Below are positions 10,112 through 19,648 of a DNA stretch of 64,000 nt, one piece after another. Source of the DNA: Candidatus Poribacteria bacterium (GTDB lineage: Bacteria > Poribacteria > WGA-4E > PCPOR2b); NCBI GenBank assembly GCA_003635265.1, contig PYIZ01000009.1, forward strand, positions 22,270-86,269, in the 5' to 3' direction. The translations under genes were made by a program, and so were the position numbers. Every line of letters starts with the position of its first letter. Position 1 is the stretch's first letter. The notes below the pieces were generated by a model. It made no database searches. It saw only the letters and a program-made list of their open reading frames with translations, and was not told the DNA's origin.

Positions 10112-11005
10112 TTGAGAGCCTGTTTTAAAAGTCATTTGATACGGTTTTGCATCAAGTAAATGGAAGCAATGTACACCATCGCTTCAGCGGTTTCGGCAGA
10201 GCGTTCATAGTCCAAAGTCAATCGGCGAAACCGACCGAACCAAGAAAAGGTGCGTTCCACAATCCAACGTAATGGAACGACCACAAATCCCGATTGCCTA
10301 AGAGATGGGGCAATGTCCAATTGACACTGATGCGCCATATATAACCAGTCGCCTAATTTTCCACGATAGCCAGCATCGGCGCAGACTAACTGAATCGTTA
10401 TGTGCCACCTAAAGATTTCTGTTAATAACTCTATTGCGACTTGGTTATCACTGATATTTGCATCAGTGACCTTCACCCGCAATGGAATGCCAATTGTATC
10501 GGTGACTATGTGGCGTTTACGACCTTTGACTTTCTTATGTGCATCAAAGCCGCGAGTATCTGCCAGTTCGGTCGTTTTAACGGATTGGCTGTCAATGATA
10601 GCTACTGTCGGTGAAGGTGCTTTGCCAATATCACAACGGATTTGCTCGTGAAGTGCTTGATGAATCATAAGCCATGTGCCATCAGTTTTCCATTTTCTGA
10701 AATGGAAGTAGACCGTTTGCCATGGCGGCATCTGATGCGGGAGCATTCGCCATTGACACCCTGATTTGACTATATAAAAGATAGCGTTGATAATTGCACG
10801 CATCTTCCACTTGAGAGGTCTACCTACCGGCGAAGGTTTTGGCAGATAAGGTAACAGTCGGCACCATTGGGCATCCGTCAAATCCGTGGGATAGTTTGTT
10901 TGGGTCATGTTTATGCCTTTCATTGGAGTTGGATTCACTGCTCCAATGATTGAACGTAAACATTAACTCTTGAGTAGAAGTTTTCTTTTTAAAACAGGTT
11001 CTGAG
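10112..11005 (-). mobile_element. IS5-family insertion sequence (about 0.9 kb, single transposase ORF), apparently intact
   Basis: Imperfect terminal inverted repeats GAGAGCCTGTTTTAAAAG (10114-10131) and CTTTTTAAAACAGGTTCTGAG (10986-11005). They flank a 268-aa DDE transposase. Confidence 0.8.
10132..10938 (-). CDS. IS5/IS1031-group DDE transposase
   Basis: LTDAQWCRLLPYLP...GRPLKW...RAIINAIFYIVKSGCQWRMLP is the hallmark N-terminus of IS5-family transposases. DDE region ...ADAGY.... Confidence 0.85.
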   Translation of the reverse strand: MNPTPMKGINMTQTNYPTDLTDAQWCRLLPYLPKPSPVGRPLKWKMRAIINAIFYIVKSGCQWRMLPHQMPPWQTVYFHFRKWKTDGTWLMIHQALHEQIRCDIGKAPSPTVAIIDSQSVKTTELADTRGFDAHKKVKGRKRHIVTDTIGIPLRVKVTDANISDNQVAIELLTEIFRWHITIQLVCADAGYRGKLGDWLYMAHQCQLDIAPSLRQSGFVVVPLRWIVERTFSWFGRFRRLTLDYERSAETAEAMVYIASIYLMQNRIK

Positions 11006-11135
11006 GGCGGGGCAAGATGCCCCGCCTACGATGGGTTTGGAGTCTGAACATGTCCCTCGACGCCCGATGAATCCCCGACTTATCGGGACGGGCGGGCAAC
11101 TACAAACTGAACTGCGTAACTCCTATACTATTAGG
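11004..11135. repeat. Composite intergenic repeat, copy B (3' portion), abutting the IS right end and carrying an inserted REP unit
   Basis: GCGGGGCAAGATGCCCCGCCTACGATGG...CTGAACATGTCCCTCGAC...CGATGAATCCCCGACTTATCGGGACGGGCGGGCAA...CTACAAACTGAACTGCGTAACTCCTAT. A weaker 5' remnant (GCAACTACGGTGAAGGGG) is at 10085-10111 on the other side of the IS. Confidence 0.7.
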
Positions 11136-12402
11136 ATTTTCTGAGTTTTCCGTTCGCGTCGGGCAAGGGAGACTGTGGATGCATCGCTCGTGCTCTTGCC
11201 CGGAAGTCTAGCCCTTTTTCACCGAGTGCTTGCAACTCCTCTGGGCTGCCGTCAAACCATTCCTTCAGTCGTCGGCGGGCGATGTGGACGTGCAACACCT
11301 CGTCTGCCCAGTCGAAATCCTGAAGGGTTGTCATCAGGGGATGGCGAGCGGTATCGCGACAAAACTCGAATTCCTCACGCTTGCCGGGTGGGTATTTCAT
11401 GAGGCCTGCTTCGACACCGAAAAGCATGGCGTATAACTCCAAGGGATCCATCTTAAAGAGATAGGCAGACTCCCAATCGCGTATTGGCATCGCGGAACGT
11501 TCATCGAAGATATCCTCTGCCGCTGCCTCGCCAAAGACAGAATGGCGCATCTCGTCCCAGAGGTGACGGGAAATATCGGCATAGAACTCCCACGGCTGGT
11601 CTTTCATTTCGTACAGCACAAATCCCAACGCTTCGGCAATTGTGGTTTCTCCGAGACGGGTTGCAATCATCTGCATCAATCGCTCCTCCACCCGCTCGTT
11701 ATCAACGTGGATAATATCCCACACACGCGGAAAGGTATCATCACGGGTAAGTTGTTTTGGAATCAGATATGGGGTTGTTGATCGAACGGGGTGGAGTGTA
11801 TCAAGATTCACTTCGCCTGTACCATCAATGCCTCCGGCAGCCTCAAGCAAGTTGTGGAGCGTCGCACTCCAAGCCTTTGCTTCCGATTCTTTTTCCGGCG
11901 TATCGACAACGTCGTCATAAGCGGTTTCTAGTAGGCGCAGCCCTTCCTCTACTTCGGCGATGACGGTTTTCAGGACGCGCACGGTGGGATAGTCCGCCAA
12001 ACCGTTGGTTGTATTGACATACCTTTGATATGCTTCCAAAAGCGCAGGTTTGAATACCTTTGTCAATCCCGCTAGCAGTTCGGCGGTATTCGCCGCGTGC
12101 ATCGCTTCATCGAAAACGATTTGCAAGAAAGCATCAGGAGCTTGATACGCTTTTGTCTTGGAAACGCGCAGCTCGGGCAATCGGACTTTGAATTGAGACG
12201 CATATTGTGAGTCTTCGTATTGTAGTCTCGCTAGCAATACTTTGACATCTCGCTCCGGTGTGCTGATGATATGGGCAGCTTGCAGAAACATTAATCGTTC
12301 TGCTGCGTAGGCGAATCGATGGATTCGGGCGGCGCATTGATCAACGCTGAATCCCTGCCGTGTTGCATTCTGCAAGCCTGCGTATTGATAGGTTCGATTC
12401 AT
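11131..12402 (-). CDS. Hypothetical protein with ferritin-like diiron signatures (putative oxygenase)
   Basis: 423 aa with three ExxH motifs (EAMH, DEMRH, DEVLH). No other recognisable family motif. The diiron assignment is inference. Confidence 0.35.
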   Translation of the reverse strand: MNRTYQYAGLQNATRQGFSVDQCAARIHRFAYAAERLMFLQAAHIISTPERDVKVLLARLQYEDSQYASQFKVRLPELRVSKTKAYQAPDAFLQIVFDEAMHAANTAELLAGLTKVFKPALLEAYQRYVNTTNGLADYPTVRVLKTVIAEVEEGLRLLETAYDDVVDTPEKESEAKAWSATLHNLLEAAGGIDGTGEVNLDTLHPVRSTTPYLIPKQLTRDDTFPRVWDIIHVDNERVEERLMQMIATRLGETTIAEALGFVLYEMKDQPWEFYADISRHLWDEMRHSVFGEAAAEDIFDERSAMPIRDWESAYLFKMDPLELYAMLFGVEAGLMKYPPGKREEFEFCRDTARHPLMTTLQDFDWADEVLHVHIARRRLKEWFDGSPEELQALGEKGLDFRARARAMHPQSPLPDANGKLRKS

Positions 12403-13337
12403 CCTGTTTTCTCCTCACTTTGATTTTCCAAAAACGCATCCACTTCCTGACGGGTGGGCATGATGGGTAGCGTTCCCAAGCGGGTGACAGCTAGCGCACC
12501 GGCGGCGTTGGCACGACGGATAGCGTCCACAAGCGGCAGCCCCTCTGCTACGGCGACGGATAGTGCCCCGGAGAAAGCGTCTCCTGCTCCCGTCGTGTCC
12601 ACCACCTCCACTGAAAAACTCGGAATGTAAATGGTATCGTCTGGCGTTACGAGAAGGGCACCACGCGCTCCTCGATGTAGTACCACGGTCCTTGGTCCCA
12701 TTCCGAGGAGTTCACGCGCAGCACGTTCTGCTGTCCCATCATCTGAGACCGGATAGCCCACTAGGGTTTCTGTCTCCTGTTCGTTAGGTGTCAGGATTGT
12801 GCAGTCCCGCCAAGTTTCGGGCGTGTAGGGACGGGCGGGTCCGGCATCTACGATCACCGGAACGCCATAATCCACTCCCAGCTGTACAGCAGCTGCTACA
12901 GCGGGTTCGGGAACTTCAAAGTTGACCAAGATGCCGTCCAGTGTCTCTCGATGCAACGCCAGAGCTCGCGTTACATCATCGGGACTGAAGTAATCGTTCG
13001 CTCCTAAGACTCCTAAGATGGTGTTTTCACCGTCAGCGTCAATCATTGCGATGCCCACACCCGTTGAGGCTTCTGGGTGGATTGCGACCGCATCCACATC
13101 AACACCCTCTGCTTGCAGGGCAGCCATCTCCATACGCCCAAATTCGTCGTCCCCTATACAGCCGAGCAGTACCGCTGCCCCTCCTGTCCTTTGTACAGCG
13201 ACCGCGGCGTTAGCCCCTTTACCGCCGGGACCAATTTTAAGGTTGTCCCCCAGCAGCGTTTCTCCCCTAGTGGGCAGGCGTGGCGTCTGCACTGCCAGAT
13301 CTATGACAACGCTACCGATGACAGCAATCTGTTTCAT
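12399..13337 (-). CDS. rbsK: Ribokinase / PfkB-family sugar kinase
   Basis: N-terminal GSVVIDL...GGKGANAAVAVQR and C-terminal TGAGDAFSGAL anion-hole motif. 312 aa. Confidence 0.8.
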   Translation of the reverse strand: MKQIAVIGSVVIDLAVQTPRLPTRGETLLGDNLKIGPGGKGANAAVAVQRTGGAAVLLGCIGDDEFGRMEMAALQAEGVDVDAVAIHPEASTGVGIAMIDADGENTILGVLGANDYFSPDDVTRALALHRETLDGILVNFEVPEPAVAAAVQLGVDYGVPVIVDAGPARPYTPETWRDCTILTPNEQETETLVGYPVSDDGTAERAARELLGMGPRTVVLHRGARGALLVTPDDTIYIPSFSVEVVDTTGAGDAFSGALSVAVAEGLPLVDAIRRANAAGALAVTRLGTLPIMPTRQEVDAFLENQSEEKTG

Positions 13338-13351
13338 CTGCTTATCTCCCG

Positions 13352-14371
13352 TTAGATCGCCTTTAGAACCTGTGCAACCACCTGATTGGGATCAATTTCT
13401 GTCATACACAGATGTGGTTGATCCTTCCGCATACAACTCCGCTTGTAGCAGGGACGACATTCCACCGGTTTCTCAATAACTTTGTGGTTCTCGCCATACG
13501 GACCGTGACGCATTGGGCTTGTCGGTCCAAAAAGGGCAATCGTCGGTGTCCCCACAGCTGCTGCGATGTGCATCGGACCGCTGTCACAGGTTAGGTAAAG
13601 GTCGCAACTTTCGATCAAGGCACCGAGTTGCATCAGTGTTGTTTTCCCGATCAGGTTAATCGTTTCCACCTTTGCGATCTGCGCTAATGCTTCACCCAAC
13701 GGACTTTCGGCGGTTGAGCCTGTTAGTAGTATCCGCGCCTCGAAACGTTTTTGTATCTGTGTTATCACTGCCGCGAAGTTCTCCAAAGACCAACGTTTTG
13801 TACGCCATGTCGTGCCGAGGTTGACCCCGATTAGGTATTCTTTAGGGGAGATGCCGTGCATCGTAAGTATCTGACGCACTGTATGACGGTCTGCGTCTGT
13901 ATGCCAAAACTCCAGTTTTGCGTTTGGTTCGTGGATATCGATTAACTCTAGCACGCGGAGGTAACGGTGGATTTCGTGGAGATCCGTCCGATCCGCGCAA
14001 GTCTGCGTCAGCAACATGCCTCGTCCACTTACATTCGAGCCGATCCGTTCAGGAATACCCGCTAGAAATGGGATCAATGCGTTACGAAAGGAGGTTGGAT
14101 GAAGGACAACCGCAAGATCGAAGTCTGACCGTCGAATCTCGCTCACTGATTTCCAGAACAATGGCAAACGACTGAGTCCCCTTGCCTTGCTGTCGACTAT
14201 GACTTCGTCGATATAGGGGTGGGTCGCCATCAAGTCCGCCACGAGTGGTCGAATGAGTAGTGCCAAGTGGGATTGGGGATAAACGGTTTTCAGTGCTCTT
14301 AATGCAGGTGTGAGCAGTATCATGTCCCCGATCCAGCCGCCGGTTTGGGTGACAAGAATTCGATTTCTCAA
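13352..14371 (-). CDS. Glycosyltransferase family 9 (LPS heptosyltransferase-like)
   Basis: 339 aa. The ILVTQTGGWIGDMILLTPALRALK N-terminus and CDSGPMHIAAAVGTPTIALFG C-terminal motif are typical of RfaF/WaaC/WaaQ. Confidence 0.8.
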   Translation of the reverse strand: MRNRILVTQTGGWIGDMILLTPALRALKTVYPQSHLALLIRPLVADLMATHPYIDEVIVDSKARGLSRLPLFWKSVSEIRRSDFDLAVVLHPTSFRNALIPFLAGIPERIGSNVSGRGMLLTQTCADRTDLHEIHRYLRVLELIDIHEPNAKLEFWHTDADRHTVRQILTMHGISPKEYLIGVNLGTTWRTKRWSLENFAAVITQIQKRFEARILLTGSTAESPLGEALAQIAKVETINLIGKTTLMQLGALIESCDLYLTCDSGPMHIAAAVGTPTIALFGPTSPMRHGPYGENHKVIEKPVECRPCYKRSCMRKDQPHLCMTEIDPNQVVAQVLKAI

Positions 14372-14461
14372 CGAATTGCCCTTTGCCGCGTTGATGGTTT
14401 GATTATGATCTCGCTTTGGCTACAGGAACTTGGCACAGGTAGCCGTGGGATCTCGGTGGAC

Positions 14462-15490
14462 TCATTGGATTGGTACAGATCGACCGATTCGGGCGGATTC
14501 ATAGAGGGCATCGAAGATTTTTGCAACAAGTAGCACCTCTTCTGCGGGCACGAGTGATGGCAACCCTTCACGGATCGCTCTGTGGAAGGACTCAAATTCC
14601 CCCAGTAAGCCGGTAAGGAGTTCCGGTTCATAGTCGATCATTTCGTCCTCTTTATCCATATAGATGCGTGTGGGACCGTATGTCGCCCCCGCTCTGTCGC
14701 CCATGAAGAAGGTCTGTCCGGTATTTTCAATATGAGATGCCCACGCGGTTTCCAACGTCACAGTTAAGCCACCTTCAAAACGGATAGCCCCCATCGCAAA
14801 ATCTTCGACATCGAATTGAGCAGGGATCCATGTCCCCCAATCGTTAATCACATTGGCTCGATTTCCAAATTTCTGCGCGACTGATCCAAATGCCTCAATC
14901 GGTTTCGGAGCGCCAATCATCCACAACAATACATCAAGGATATGCACTCCGATGTCAATGAGGGGGCCGCCTCCCGCTATTGATTTTGTAATGAATGATG
15001 GAGAAGCAGGCACTCCCCGGCGTCGCATCGCCATTGCGCGAGCGTAGTATATATCGCCGAAGAATCCATTTTCATATAGCTGGCGCAAGGTTCGCGCTTC
15101 TGGATTAAATCGTGATTGTAACCCAATCTGAAGTACTTTTCCCGACGCCTTCTGGGCATCAACCATCGCCTGACCGTCGATTGCGTTTCCGGCGATTGGC
15201 TTTTCGCAGATCACATGCTTTCCCGCTTCAAGTGCTGCGATTGATGGCGGTGCATGAAAATTATTCGGCGTACAAACACTGACAGCATCCAGTTCAGGCA
15301 TTGCGACGAGTTCGTTGTAGTCGGTGAAAATATGTTTGATGTCGTGTTGTGTCGCAAAGTTTTCCGCACGCTCCCGGTCAATGTCGCAGACAGCGATTAT
15401 TGAGACGCCTTCGACATTTCGGTGTCCCGGCAGATGTTTGCCACCAGCAATGCCGCCCGCGCCGATAATACCAACCTTAATCTCTTGCAT
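14462..15490 (-). CDS. Gfo/Idh/MocA-family NAD(P)-dependent oxidoreductase
   Basis: Rossmann N-terminus KVGIIGAGGIAGGKHLPG and an EKP motif (ICEKPIA). Confidence 0.85.
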   Translation of the reverse strand: MQEIKVGIIGAGGIAGGKHLPGHRNVEGVSIIAVCDIDRERAENFATQHDIKHIFTDYNELVAMPELDAVSVCTPNNFHAPPSIAALEAGKHVICEKPIAGNAIDGQAMVDAQKASGKVLQIGLQSRFNPEARTLRQLYENGFFGDIYYARAMAMRRRGVPASPSFITKSIAGGGPLIDIGVHILDVLLWMIGAPKPIEAFGSVAQKFGNRANVINDWGTWIPAQFDVEDFAMGAIRFEGGLTVTLETAWASHIENTGQTFFMGDRAGATYGPTRIYMDKEDEMIDYEPELLTGLLGEFESFHRAIREGLPSLVPAEEVLLVAKIFDALYESARIGRSVPIQ

Positions 15491-15542
15491 TATGGTTTCC
15501 CTCTTTGGTAGTTCACACTTTATTCAGAAATCGTATGCAATT

Positions 15543-16427
15543 TCAATCCGCTCTGTGCATTACTACGCCCTTGGGATTCTCAAAGGCATCAATCCAGAGA
15601 CGGCACCACTCCTCGTGATCGTGCATCACACTGTCCGGATCGCGTTGGCTGCGCACGACAAAATCCGGATGTCCTGTACGACCCGTGTGTTGACCGATTG
15701 GATGGTAGCGCAGATCCATTGACCAACGGCACTTATCTGAGCGGTTGGGCATCCCACGATGTGGTGTGAAGCGGCTCATCAGTACCAGATCCCCTCTGTA
15801 GCAGACCATCGGCACAGGTTCAATCTCCGGTATGTCTTCAGGATAGATGGTGGTTCCGCCTTCGGGTCTATGCCGCAGATATCCTTCTTTGACCACGCCG
15901 GGCAAAATCTCCAGACACCCCATCTCGGCGGTAGCATCCCCCAATGGCAGCCAGCAGGTAATGATGTCTGAGCCTTCCGCCTCTGGCATGATAACCCCGG
16001 CGTCTTGATGCAGGGGACCAACATGCGAAGCGGGGTTGCTGTCCTCATAGTAGCGGATTGGGGGCGTGGGTCGCAGGTGTTGGATTGGATTGCAGATGAT
16101 TTCCGGTCCAAGGAGTGATTCGATGACATCGAGCAGGTTCTTATTGTACAGAAATTCAAAAACCGCTTTACCGCGATAGTTCATGATGTCAAGGCCGTTG
16201 CCAATCTCTCTGGATTGCGCGAAAAGTCGTCCGTATCGGGTTTCAAACGGCTGATCTTCACACAGGTCTTCGATCTTCCCCTCTGCCTTCAGTTCGTGTG
16301 CCCGGCGATCGATGAAGTCGCATATCTCATCAATTACCGGCTGCAAATCCTCATCATTAAGAGCATTTTTGGCGATGAGGACACCCCGTGTGTGAAATTC
16401 TTCAACCTGTTCAGTTGTTAACTGCAT
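15543..16427 (-). CDS. Phytanoyl-CoA dioxygenase (PhyH)-family Fe(II)/2OG oxygenase
   Basis: 294 aa. GPLHQDAG (HxD) and a distal H within a double-stranded beta-helix pattern. Confidence 0.75.
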   Translation of the reverse strand: MQLTTEQVEEFHTRGVLIAKNALNDEDLQPVIDEICDFIDRRAHELKAEGKIEDLCEDQPFETRYGRLFAQSREIGNGLDIMNYRGKAVFEFLYNKNLLDVIESLLGPEIICNPIQHLRPTPPIRYYEDSNPASHVGPLHQDAGVIMPEAEGSDIITCWLPLGDATAEMGCLEILPGVVKEGYLRHRPEGGTTIYPEDIPEIEPVPMVCYRGDLVLMSRFTPHRGMPNRSDKCRWSMDLRYHPIGQHTGRTGHPDFVVRSQRDPDSVMHDHEEWCRLWIDAFENPKGVVMHRAD

Positions 16428-16478
16428 AGCGTTCCTCCGGATTTAGATGATAATTCTAAATGCGATTCACATTCTTCT

Positions 16479-17423
16479 CTAATGCGCCTTGACCAATTTG
16501 CGAAAGCTGCGGACTTCTCTAGGCGGGGAAAGTTTTCCACCGTAGGCAGCCCAAGAAACCTCGCCCACGTAAATATCTCCATGCGAATCAATTGCGATAC
16601 CGTGAGGTGAGATAAATTGTCCCGGTCCCTCTCCACGCCATACATCGCCCAATCGAGCCAGACGGTGGCCGTTGAGGTCGTGAATAGTAACGCATCCCCC
16701 AATGTTGGGATAGTCAGCGTTTACCTCAAGTTGGGTTGGAACTTGACCGATATAGACCAAGTCATCTTCGATGTGCAGTCCACAGGGACGGTGCAGATTG
16801 TTCCATTGGTCTAGATAGCGACCGCCCTCATCGAATATCTGTACACGGTGACTCTCCCGGTCAGCGATATATACTTTACCATCGCTGTCGGTGCAGACGC
16901 TGTGCACTAAGTTGAACTGCCCCGGATCGGTTCCGTACTCTCCCCAAGAGAAGATATGTTCCCCATTGGGAGAATACTTGTGCACTCTGGCATTGCCGTA
17001 TCCATCCGATATGTAGAGTTCATCAGTTTTAGGGTCAAAGGCTACCTTGGTTGGACGGTTAAAAGGTTGCCCACTATGAGCTGGTGCAGGTTCGTCGGGT
17101 GTGCCGATAGTCATCAAGACCTCGCCGTCAGGGGTACATTTCCGGATTGAATGATCACCGTCGTCCACGCAATAGAGCATTCCATCGGGGCCCACAGTAA
17201 CGCCGTGGGCACGGCTAAACAGATTCTCTCCCCATGAGGCGACAAAGCTGCCATCCGGCTCAAAGATTATCATGGGATGCTCGCCCCGATTGAAGACATA
17301 GACGCGGTCTTGCGAATCCACCACGACATCGGCAACCTCTTTAAAACTCCAGCCTTCGGGCAACTTTGCCCAATCTGCTAATTCCTCGTAGATGTAATCT
17401 TCAGCACCAAGTCTTGTTGCCAT
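16479..17423 (-). CDS. NHL-repeat six-bladed beta-propeller protein
   Basis: 314 aa. Repeated hydrophobic-Y/F-V-D/S-D-x-x-N units (LYCVDDGDHSI, LYISDGYGNARV, VYIADRESHRV, IYVGEVS). Confidence 0.6.
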   Translation of the reverse strand: MATRLGAEDYIYEELADWAKLPEGWSFKEVADVVVDSQDRVYVFNRGEHPMIIFEPDGSFVASWGENLFSRAHGVTVGPDGMLYCVDDGDHSIRKCTPDGEVLMTIGTPDEPAPAHSGQPFNRPTKVAFDPKTDELYISDGYGNARVHKYSPNGEHIFSWGEYGTDPGQFNLVHSVCTDSDGKVYIADRESHRVQIFDEGGRYLDQWNNLHRPCGLHIEDDLVYIGQVPTQLEVNADYPNIGGCVTIHDLNGHRLARLGDVWRGEGPGQFISPHGIAIDSHGDIYVGEVSWAAYGGKLSPPREVRSFRKLVKAH

Positions 17424-17467
17424 GTTTCGCCTCCCTTACATATGCGTCGTTTTAATCTTGTGAGGTT

Positions 17468-18661
17468 TCAAAAATCCTCCAAACCGAACCGATACCCGCG
17501 AATCTGTGCCATCGGTGCATCGTCGTTGATATAGTTGACGGCTAAGAATTTTCCCTGTTCGTATTCAACCCAAGCGGCATAACCGCTATCGGCACCGAGA
17601 TTATTGGCGTCGAGGTCTAGCGGGAGCAGCAAACCTTTTTGGGTTGCTTTATCTGGATTGAGCGCGCTTTCCAACGGTTCCAGAAATGCGAAGGTGTGCA
17701 CCGATGAGCCACCTGCCGCGACAATCACCTCATCATCTGTTTTCAGTTCACTGGGGCCCGGTTGTCTACGAGCGATGAATGCCTCGTTAGCGGGGACTCT
17801 TGGGATAACAATGGTTCGTCGTGCCAACCGTTTTTGCCAAGCTTCGTCGGACATATCAACGCGCCAACAAGATTGCAACCCAAAACGCCCGACGATTAAC
17901 ATAAACCCGTCTTGCGTGAGACCTGCAACCGGCATCCCATGAGCGGCTGGGTTTAATGTGTCGTAGGGACCGTCCCACCGGTAGCCACCATCCTTAGAAA
18001 TCATCTTTTGTAATGGCTGTCCAAAATCCTCTCGCAGGTAGACGACCAATTCTCCATCGGGACAAGGCACGATGGTGGCTTCGCCGAGCCCGTAATCGGG
18101 ACTGTCGAAGATGGTCAGTGGAGCATCCCATGTCTGTCCCTCATCGCGACTTGTTGTGATATTTTGGATGCTCTGTCCAGTTTTTGGATTGGTGACGTTA
18201 CTTGGAAGCAGCCACCGACCATCATCCATCTCTGTAACTATGTCCGGGCAGATGCCTTTGACCGGGGTTGGGATCGGATCTGACCAACTTTCCCCGTCGT
18301 CATCGCTGAACCAAAGCACAATGTGGCAGTTCGCTTCTCCTTCGCCCCACTCGCCCGGTGGAAAGAGGTAGGTATCACAGAGCAACAGAATCCGTCCGTC
18401 TTTGAGCTGCTGTATTTTAGGACAGTTCCATGTCGTCAAGACACCGGTTGATTTATCTTCATCACGAATCACCCGCGCCTCTGACCATGTGTGTCCCGCA
18501 TCGTCGCTGACTCGGACGATTAAGCGACAAAACTCGCTGGCGACGTGACCGTTACTTTCGCGATAGGTAAGAATAATTCTACCGGTTCGAGAACGGCAGA
18601 TGTAGGGGAAGCATTCGTAAATATCATCGTTCCGTGCAATGGTAAACTTCTCGATTGACAT
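17468..18661 (-). CDS. BNR/Asp-box repeat glycoside hydrolase (exo-alpha-sialidase-like)
   Basis: Four Asp-box motifs SxDxGxTW (SDDAGHTW, SDDDGESW, SRDEGQTW, SKDGGYRW). No signal peptide, so probably cytoplasmic. Confidence 0.7.
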   Translation of the reverse strand: MSIEKFTIARNDDIYECFPYICRSRTGRIILTYRESNGHVASEFCRLIVRVSDDAGHTWSEARVIRDEDKSTGVLTTWNCPKIQQLKDGRILLLCDTYLFPPGEWGEGEANCHIVLWFSDDDGESWSDPIPTPVKGICPDIVTEMDDGRWLLPSNVTNPKTGQSIQNITTSRDEGQTWDAPLTIFDSPDYGLGEATIVPCPDGELVVYLREDFGQPLQKMISKDGGYRWDGPYDTLNPAAHGMPVAGLTQDGFMLIVGRFGLQSCWRVDMSDEAWQKRLARRTIVIPRVPANEAFIARRQPGPSELKTDDEVIVAAGGSSVHTFAFLEPLESALNPDKATQKGLLLPLDLDANNLGADSGYAAWVEYEQGKFLAVNYINDDAPMAQIRGYRFGLEDF

Positions 18662-18703
18662 GGTTGCTATCTCCGTCCAACAAATAGTGAGGGACTTAGA
18701 ACT

Positions 18704-19645
18704 TTACGAAGAATCATGTGACTTTAGACGTAGTATCTCTAGCAACTTCTCATCACGTTCTGCGATAAGCGCGTTTGCCTTTCCCGGTGGGTAGTCGTAA
18801 AAGCCGGAACCGGTCTTTGCACCCAATTTTCCCGCTGCAACTAGATCCTGAAGCACCTTCGGGGAATCGGTTGCATTGCTCATAGATTTGGCGACGTAGC
18901 TTCCAACTGTGTTGAAAATATCAAGCCCGCCGAGATCCGCAATCTCTAAGGGACCAAGCAATGCCCAACGCAACCCCAATCCATGCTTCATCACTGCATC
19001 AATGTCAGCAGGTGATGCGATTCCTTCCTCGACGAGATGTAACGCTTCGCGCACTACAGCAAACTGGAGTCGACTAGCGACAAATCCGGGGACATCTTTC
19101 TGCACTAGGATTGGCTGCTTTTTCATAAGTTTCAGCAGATCTATTAAGACTTCACAAGTTGCATCGGAGGTTTCTGCCCCCTTGATAACTTCCACCGCCG
19201 GAACGATTTCGGGTGGGTTGAAGAAGTGCACTCCTGCAAATCGTTCGGGGTGGGAAACGGCTGCAGCAATCTGCGAGATGCTTAATCCCGAAGTATTTGT
19301 TGTGAAGAGTGTGTTTGCGTCGCAGATTTCATCTAGTTTCCGAAAAATATCCTGTTTTACTTCCAGATTTTCAGCGATTGATTCCGAAATAAGATCAACT
19401 TCGGCGAGTGCTGTCAAATCATGGGTGGTGTAGATTGTCCCACTTGCAGTATTTGTCTCTGTCTCGGTAGGGATAGGGGTTACAGTGATATGAGATTGGA
19501 GGCGCTCCACGGCACGCTGCATCCCCGCCGTACTCCTGTTGTATAGAATGACGGTGTAGCCAAATTCCGCGCAGATTTGTGCAACACCCGCTCCCATTGT
19601 GCCCGCGCCAACGATACCAACCTTTTTAATACCTTCAATATTCAT
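18704..19645 (-). CDS. hbd: 3-hydroxyacyl-CoA (3-hydroxybutyryl-CoA) dehydrogenase
   Basis: KKVGIVGAGTMGAGVAQ Rossmann N-terminus, NTSGLSISQIA motif, and C-terminal dimerisation domain. Confidence 0.85.
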   Translation of the reverse strand: MNIEGIKKVGIVGAGTMGAGVAQICAEFGYTVILYNRSTAGMQRAVERLQSHITVTPIPTETETNTASGTIYTTHDLTALAEVDLISESIAENLEVKQDIFRKLDEICDANTLFTTNTSGLSISQIAAAVSHPERFAGVHFFNPPEIVPAVEVIKGAETSDATCEVLIDLLKLMKKQPILVQKDVPGFVASRLQFAVVREALHLVEEGIASPADIDAVMKHGLGLRWALLGPLEIADLGGLDIFNTVGSYVAKSMSNATDSPKVLQDLVAAGKLGAKTGSGFYDYPPGKANALIAERDEKLLEILRLKSHDSS

Positions 19646-19648
19646 ACT

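Noticed and set aside
18909-19433. 174-aa + strand ORF
   Set aside because: Antisense to hbd, with Ser/Ala-rich low-complexity translation.
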